20,000 nucleotides of DNA from an uncultured virus (IMG/VR IMGVR_UViG_3300042385_000739) (lineage: Duplodnaviria > Heunggongvirae > Uroviricota > Caudoviricetes): positions 56,917-76,916 of IMG/VR virus record IMGVR_UViG_3300042385_000739; one strand, 5' to 3'. This document shows positions 16,856 through 20,000 of the stretch, in pieces. Position numbers and translations under genes: made by a program. A model generated the notes under the pieces. That model was not told the origin of the DNA, searched no databases, and saw only the letters and a program-made list of their open reading frames with translations. Numbering within the stretch: position 1 is the stretch's first letter; every line of letters begins with the position of its first letter.

Positions 16856-17221
16856 ATGCTTACTCAACAAAAACCTAGACCACTATGCGAAAACTGTAAT
16901 GTAACATTAGCAAAAGCCAATGGCACAAGTAAACACGGTTTTATGAAATGGCACAAGTATTGTGTTGACTGCAGTAAAGCCGCATATAACTCAAAACACG
17001 GCTATCTATTACATAAAAAGAATAAATGCGAGAAATGTAGCTTTATACCAGAAGATAAATGTCAACTTGATATTGTATATAAAGATGGTAATAAAAAGAA
17101 TAAAGAAAAAAGTAATTTAAAAACACTATGTGCCAACTGTAATAGACTGTATCAAAAAAAATTAAAAGAAAAACGTAAGAGTATATTAGATATAACAGTT
17201 GATACAGACTATACATTATAG
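16856..17221 (+). CDS. Cys-rich Zn-finger protein with degenerate HNH motif (121 aa)
   Basis: Start moved from 16748 (which overlaps the divergent gene and its promoter) to MLTQQKPRPLCENC. Four CxxC pairs; CEKC...CQLDIVYKDGNKKNKEKSNLKTLCANCNR follows the HNH pattern LxxxHxDGxxxNNxxxNLxxLCxNCH but lacks both histidines. Confidence 0.8.
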   Translation: MLTQQKPRPLCENCNVTLAKANGTSKHGFMKWHKYCVDCSKAAYNSKHGYLLHKKNKCEKCSFIPEDKCQLDIVYKDGNKKNKEKSNLKTLCANCNRLYQKKLKEKRKSILDITVDTDYTL

Positions 17222-17226
17222 CCAAC

Positions 17227-17250
17227 AAAAAAGCACTACGAATAGTGCTT
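17227..17250 (-). terminator. Intrinsic terminator after the HNH gene (possibly bidirectional)
   Basis: Minus strand AAGCACTA-TTCG-TAGTGCTT-TTTT, lying between convergent genes. Confidence 0.88.
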
Positions 17251-17281
17251 GATTGTAACTTCCCATCCCGTTGAGATATTG

Positions 17282-17288
17282 TATTTAT
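17282..17288 (-). promoter_or_regulatory. Possible late-type box overlapping the HNH stop codon
   Basis: GCA-TAA-ATAC gives CATAAATA; could be chance because TAA supplies part of the motif. Confidence 0.3.
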
Positions 17289-18070
17289 GCTTTTTCTTTA
17301 CAATTGTCACCGTGCCATCTTGTATAGTTACTTGGTCCTACCTTCTTATCACAGTGTTCACATATCTTTTGTAAGTCAAGTCTGCTATTTGGATTATTAA
17401 GTGAAAATTCCTTCTTCATTCTTTCAGCAACTTTATCCCCAAAGCCTTTTGGTTTAGGTACACCCTTTTGTTTATCTGACCGTATTTGTTTTTGTTCTTC
17501 ACTCATAGGTCCTTTTGGCTTACCAATGGCTTTTAGCGACATTAGTTTTTTAGTTTCTTCACTTCTCTTTTGCCCCGTAACTTTAGCAATACGTTTTAGT
17601 TGACCTTCTGCTTGTTTAATGGGATCAACATTTCTAGTTCTGGCTGCTTTTCTTAAATTTTCTCTATGATCGTCTGTTATCTCTACTCCACCTTTATTCC
17701 AAGGTACAAGATTTTTAGATTTCATTAGTTTAGAATGATACTCTGCGTGTTCTATTCTATATTTTTCATACACACGTGCAGTAAAAACAGTATGGTATCT
17801 TTCATGGTGTTTGTTTTCTGCTCTCATTCCCATAAGCGCATATACCATCTTATGATAGTATTCTCCTTCAGTCATTTTTACTAATAACCAATGACAGAGA
17901 AAATGTTCTCTGCAAGACAAATAAACTAGATTACTTTTGTCATTATTACCTCCCAATGATTGAGGGATAATATGATGGCGTTCTCTGCCTCGGGCTTTTT
18001 TCCAGCCTCGGGTAACTGCTTTCTCAATAGTTGAGAAGTATACTTTGGAATAAAATTTATTTGTGAACAT
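17285..18070 (-). CDS. Free-standing HNH homing endonuclease (T4 Mob-like) with NUMOD3-type motifs and C-terminal Zn motif (261 aa)
   Basis: ERHHIIPQSLGGNNDKSNLVYLSCREHFLCHWLL is an intact HNH motif; GQKRSEETKKLMS and MSEEQKQIRS are NUMOD3-like; C-terminal CEHC...RWHGDNCK. Start moved to ATG 18070 because the track start (18094) lies upstream of the promoter box. Confidence 0.9.
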   Translation of the reverse strand: MFTNKFYSKVYFSTIEKAVTRGWKKARGRERHHIIPQSLGGNNDKSNLVYLSCREHFLCHWLLVKMTEGEYYHKMVYALMGMRAENKHHERYHTVFTARVYEKYRIEHAEYHSKLMKSKNLVPWNKGGVEITDDHRENLRKAARTRNVDPIKQAEGQLKRIAKVTGQKRSEETKKLMSLKAIGKPKGPMSEEQKQIRSDKQKGVPKPKGFGDKVAERMKKEFSLNNPNSRLDLQKICEHCDKKVGPSNYTRWHGDNCKEKA

Positions 18071-18075
18071 AATAC

Positions 18076-18083
18076 TATTTATA
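18076..18083 (-). promoter_or_regulatory. Perfect T4 late promoter TATAAATA for the HNH gene
   Basis: TATAAATA-GTATT-ATG, downstream of the capsid terminator. Confidence 0.8.
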
Positions 18084-18090
18084 CATAATA

Positions 18091-18179
18091 TCACTTTTCA
18101 GTGATTTTAGATACAAAAAAGGGCACCTAAGTGCCCAATTTTGATTTTGAATTACATTCAATTTATCACTGAAAAGTGA
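18091..18179. repeat. Perfect 15-bp inverted repeat (18091..18105 and 18165..18179) flanking the capsid terminator
   Basis: TCACTTTTCAGTGAT and ATCACTGAAAAGTGA are exact reverse complements; each copy is itself TCACT-N4-AGTGA. Confidence 0.92.
18115..18136 (-). terminator. Intrinsic terminator of the major capsid gene
   Basis: Minus strand GGGCAC-TTAG-GTGCCC-TTTTTT, about 47 nt after the stop codon. Confidence 0.92.
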
Positions 18180-18183
18180 AATT

Positions 18184-19380
18184 TTATTGGAATGTAAGGT
18201 TCTGAACTGCTATCTCGCCAACGTAGTCTGCGGCATTGCCGAAACTCGATGCAGTGTTAGTTAATTCGATGTAACCATAACGTGTCATAAATGATACGAC
18301 TGGTTCGAATGTTGATGGATCTAGAACAACTCCACTGCTCATCAATGGAATGTATGGGCAATAGAATGCGGCTGCATCAGTCTCTGAAGAACCTTTATAG
18401 CCAACCAATACTGGTGTAGTATCAGGAGCATAAGAGTCAACGAACACACGCATAGCGCCGTTCAATGTACCAACGAACTTAGTGTTAGTTGGAGCTTCGA
18501 AAGTACCTTCTGTTGTACGAGCAAAAGCTGAAGTAGTTGCAGATTGCAATACTGTCAATGCCGCGCTAGAAACAACAGCCCAGTTACCTGCGCCACGACG
18601 TGTACGTTGGGCGATCAAGTTAGCAACACGGTTGATTAGAACAGCCAAGGCAGCGTGTTCGTCACCAACGTAAGTAGCTGTACCAGATACAGTAGCTTGG
18701 TTGTATGTATACTCTGTAGATGCTAGAGTACGTAATGACAAGAGAATTTCTTGATCAATCTCAGCAGTAATTTCTTGTGCTAGAGCGGCCATAATTTCTG
18801 CTTCAACGTCAATACCATGTTGTGATTGAGCGTCTTGAGCCGCTTCAAATGTCCAACGTGCTTGCAATTTACGTGATTTAGCTTCAACAGCTTGACGTAG
18901 AATTTGAACGCTGATTTGCTTACCACCGTTGCCTTCTAGGGCAGCAGTATCGTTAGCAGTATAGCTTGATGTAGTATCAGTACCATATGGAGTACGTGAA
19001 TATGCTTGAGCAATCAAGAATGGACTTAATGCTTCTTGACCAGCTGTAACGCTAGTTTGAGCCGCACTATTATCTGTTAGTGATTGAGCATAACGAACAC
19101 GTAGTGTATGGATCTGACCAACTGGGCCAGTCATTGGCTGAACGCCAACCAATTCGTTAGCGATAACGGTTGGCATAACACGACGGATAACTGGAAGAAT
19201 CACACGATTTAGTGTAGCGATATTACCAGCTGTTGTTGTACCGGCTGAAGATTCAGCTAGTAACTGTTTTTTGGTGTTTTCTAAAATAACACCCATTGTT
19301 GAACGGCGAGTTCCTTTTAAGCCTTCTAACAGAGCTTCTTTGGTCTCGTCCCAACGGCTTTCTAAGAGTACTTTTGACAT
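18184..19380 (-). CDS. gp23: Major capsid protein, T4 gp23 family (398 aa)
   Basis: Hallmark motifs IRRVMPTVIANELVGVQPMTGPVGQI, VEAKSRKLQARWTFEAAQD...HGIDVEAE, VGYKG...DAAAFYCPYIPL, DPSTFEPVVSFMTRYG; AGGAG RBS at 19390..19394. Confidence 0.97.
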   Translation of the reverse strand: MSKVLLESRWDETKEALLEGLKGTRRSTMGVILENTKKQLLAESSAGTTTAGNIATLNRVILPVIRRVMPTVIANELVGVQPMTGPVGQIHTLRVRYAQSLTDNSAAQTSVTAGQEALSPFLIAQAYSRTPYGTDTTSSYTANDTAALEGNGGKQISVQILRQAVEAKSRKLQARWTFEAAQDAQSQHGIDVEAEIMAALAQEITAEIDQEILLSLRTLASTEYTYNQATVSGTATYVGDEHAALAVLINRVANLIAQRTRRGAGNWAVVSSAALTVLQSATTSAFARTTEGTFEAPTNTKFVGTLNGAMRVFVDSYAPDTTPVLVGYKGSSETDAAAFYCPYIPLMSSGVVLDPSTFEPVVSFMTRYGYIELTNTASSFGNAADYVGEIAVQNLTFQ

Positions 19381-19410
19381 TTTATATTTCTCCTAAATGA
19401 TGTCTTTTTT

Positions 19411-20000
19411 TTAAAGCCCTGCCAGACGTTTGATATCTATAACGTTATCACGTTGTTCCATATCAACTTCTTGTTTGGCAGCTTTATCCCCAGTAACTTC
19501 AGTAATAGTTGACTCAGTTAAGTTAGACTTTACAGTCTTTTTAACAGCGCCAGTATTTAGAACTGCTGGTAGATACTTATCGAAAGCGGCTTGCAATTTT
19601 GGTGTTTGCACGCTTTCTAGTAAGTTCTGCATTACTGCAGCCTTTTCTTCGTTCAATGTAGCGAGTAAACCGCCCATTGTTTTTTCACGAATATTAGACT
19701 CTTTGATAATGCGAACTTCACGTTCTTTTGATTCAACTAACTTTTTACCGTTGTTGATTTGTTTGATGGATTCGGCTAGTTGTATTTCTTTTTCTTCTAG
19801 CTGTGCCATTAGCTTACGTGTTTCTGCTTTCTCACTTAAGTGAGTGACGCTGAATTCACTTGCAAAGCTTTCAAAAATACGACGACCAAAATTGTTCTCA
19901 CGAGCAATTTTAATGTCTTCTTTCAATTGGCCTAATTCACCCTTGAGTTGGCTTGTGACAACCGTAGTCAATCTTTTTGCAGATTCAGCGACAAAACGTG
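19411..20000 (-). CDS. Prohead core scaffold protein (gp22-like); 5' end beyond the window
   Basis: Frame stays open past 19971 to the edge (...RFVAESAKRLTTVV...); Glu/Lys-rich coiled coil immediately upstream of the capsid gene; several (L/I)xE sites of the T4 gp21 protease type. Confidence 0.8.
   Translation of the reverse strand, partial: RFVAESAKRLTTVVTSQLKGELGQLKEDIKIARENNFGRRIFESFASEFSVTHLSEKAETRKLMAQLEEKEIQLAESIKQINNGKKLVESKEREVRIIKESNIREKTMGGLLATLNEEKAAVMQNLLESVQTPKLQAAFDKYLPAVLNTGAVKKTVKSNLTESTITEVTGDKAAKQEVDMEQRDNVIDIKRLAGL

Larger units (their letters stand above)
1..20000 (-). mobile_element. Bacteriophage genome segment (large T4-like myovirus): head module plus fibre gene cluster
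   Basis: gp23-type capsid gene with an upstream scaffold gene, T4-late-type promoter boxes, free-standing HNH gene and densely packed co-oriented structural genes; no host genes seen. Confidence 0.95.

Noticed and set aside
17285..18183. HNH gene as part of a group I intron or intein in gp23
   Set aside because: gp23 is complete with its own stop and terminator, and the nuclease is free-standing with its own promoter box.
18482..19843. Plus-strand ORFs 18482..18673 and 19430..19843
   Set aside because: Antisense shadows of the capsid and scaffold genes.
1..20000. Stop-codon reassignment as seen in some large phages
   Set aside because: All genes read through in the standard code with no fragmentation; no evidence of recoding here.

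Overview
AT-rich segment of a large T4-like (gp23-type capsid) phage genome, almost all on the minus strand. In transcription order (right to left) it holds: the 3' part of a prohead scaffold gene, the major capsid protein gene and its terminator, a free-standing HNH/NUMOD3 homing endonuclease, a small antisense Zn-finger protein with a degenerate HNH motif, and seven consecutive Gly/Asn/Thr/Ser-rich fibre or adhesin genes (317, 1218, 1335, 486, 1116, 345 and >=714 aa). The last of these is missing from the ORF track because it runs off the left edge; it has IPT/TIG, 2x Ig-like and 2x LamG domains. The most striking pattern is colinear pairing of protein ends. Each fibre protein ending in a shared ~95-aa C-terminal domain is followed by a gene starting with a shared N-terminal FN(S/V)xxG(F/Y/I/L)(S/T)(V/T)G peptide, and the two proteins with other C-termini are followed by genes with other N-termini. 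This suggests a segmented fibre assembled head-to-tail and tipped by a lectin-like adhesin. Also seen: T4-late-type (T)ATAAATA boxes, two placed for leaderless mRNAs; a 15-bp inverted repeat bracketing the capsid terminator next to the endonuclease promoter; and 11-residue-quantised repeats and a duplicated 522-bp cassette within the fibre genes. Family assignments rest on motif recognition only; no searches were run.
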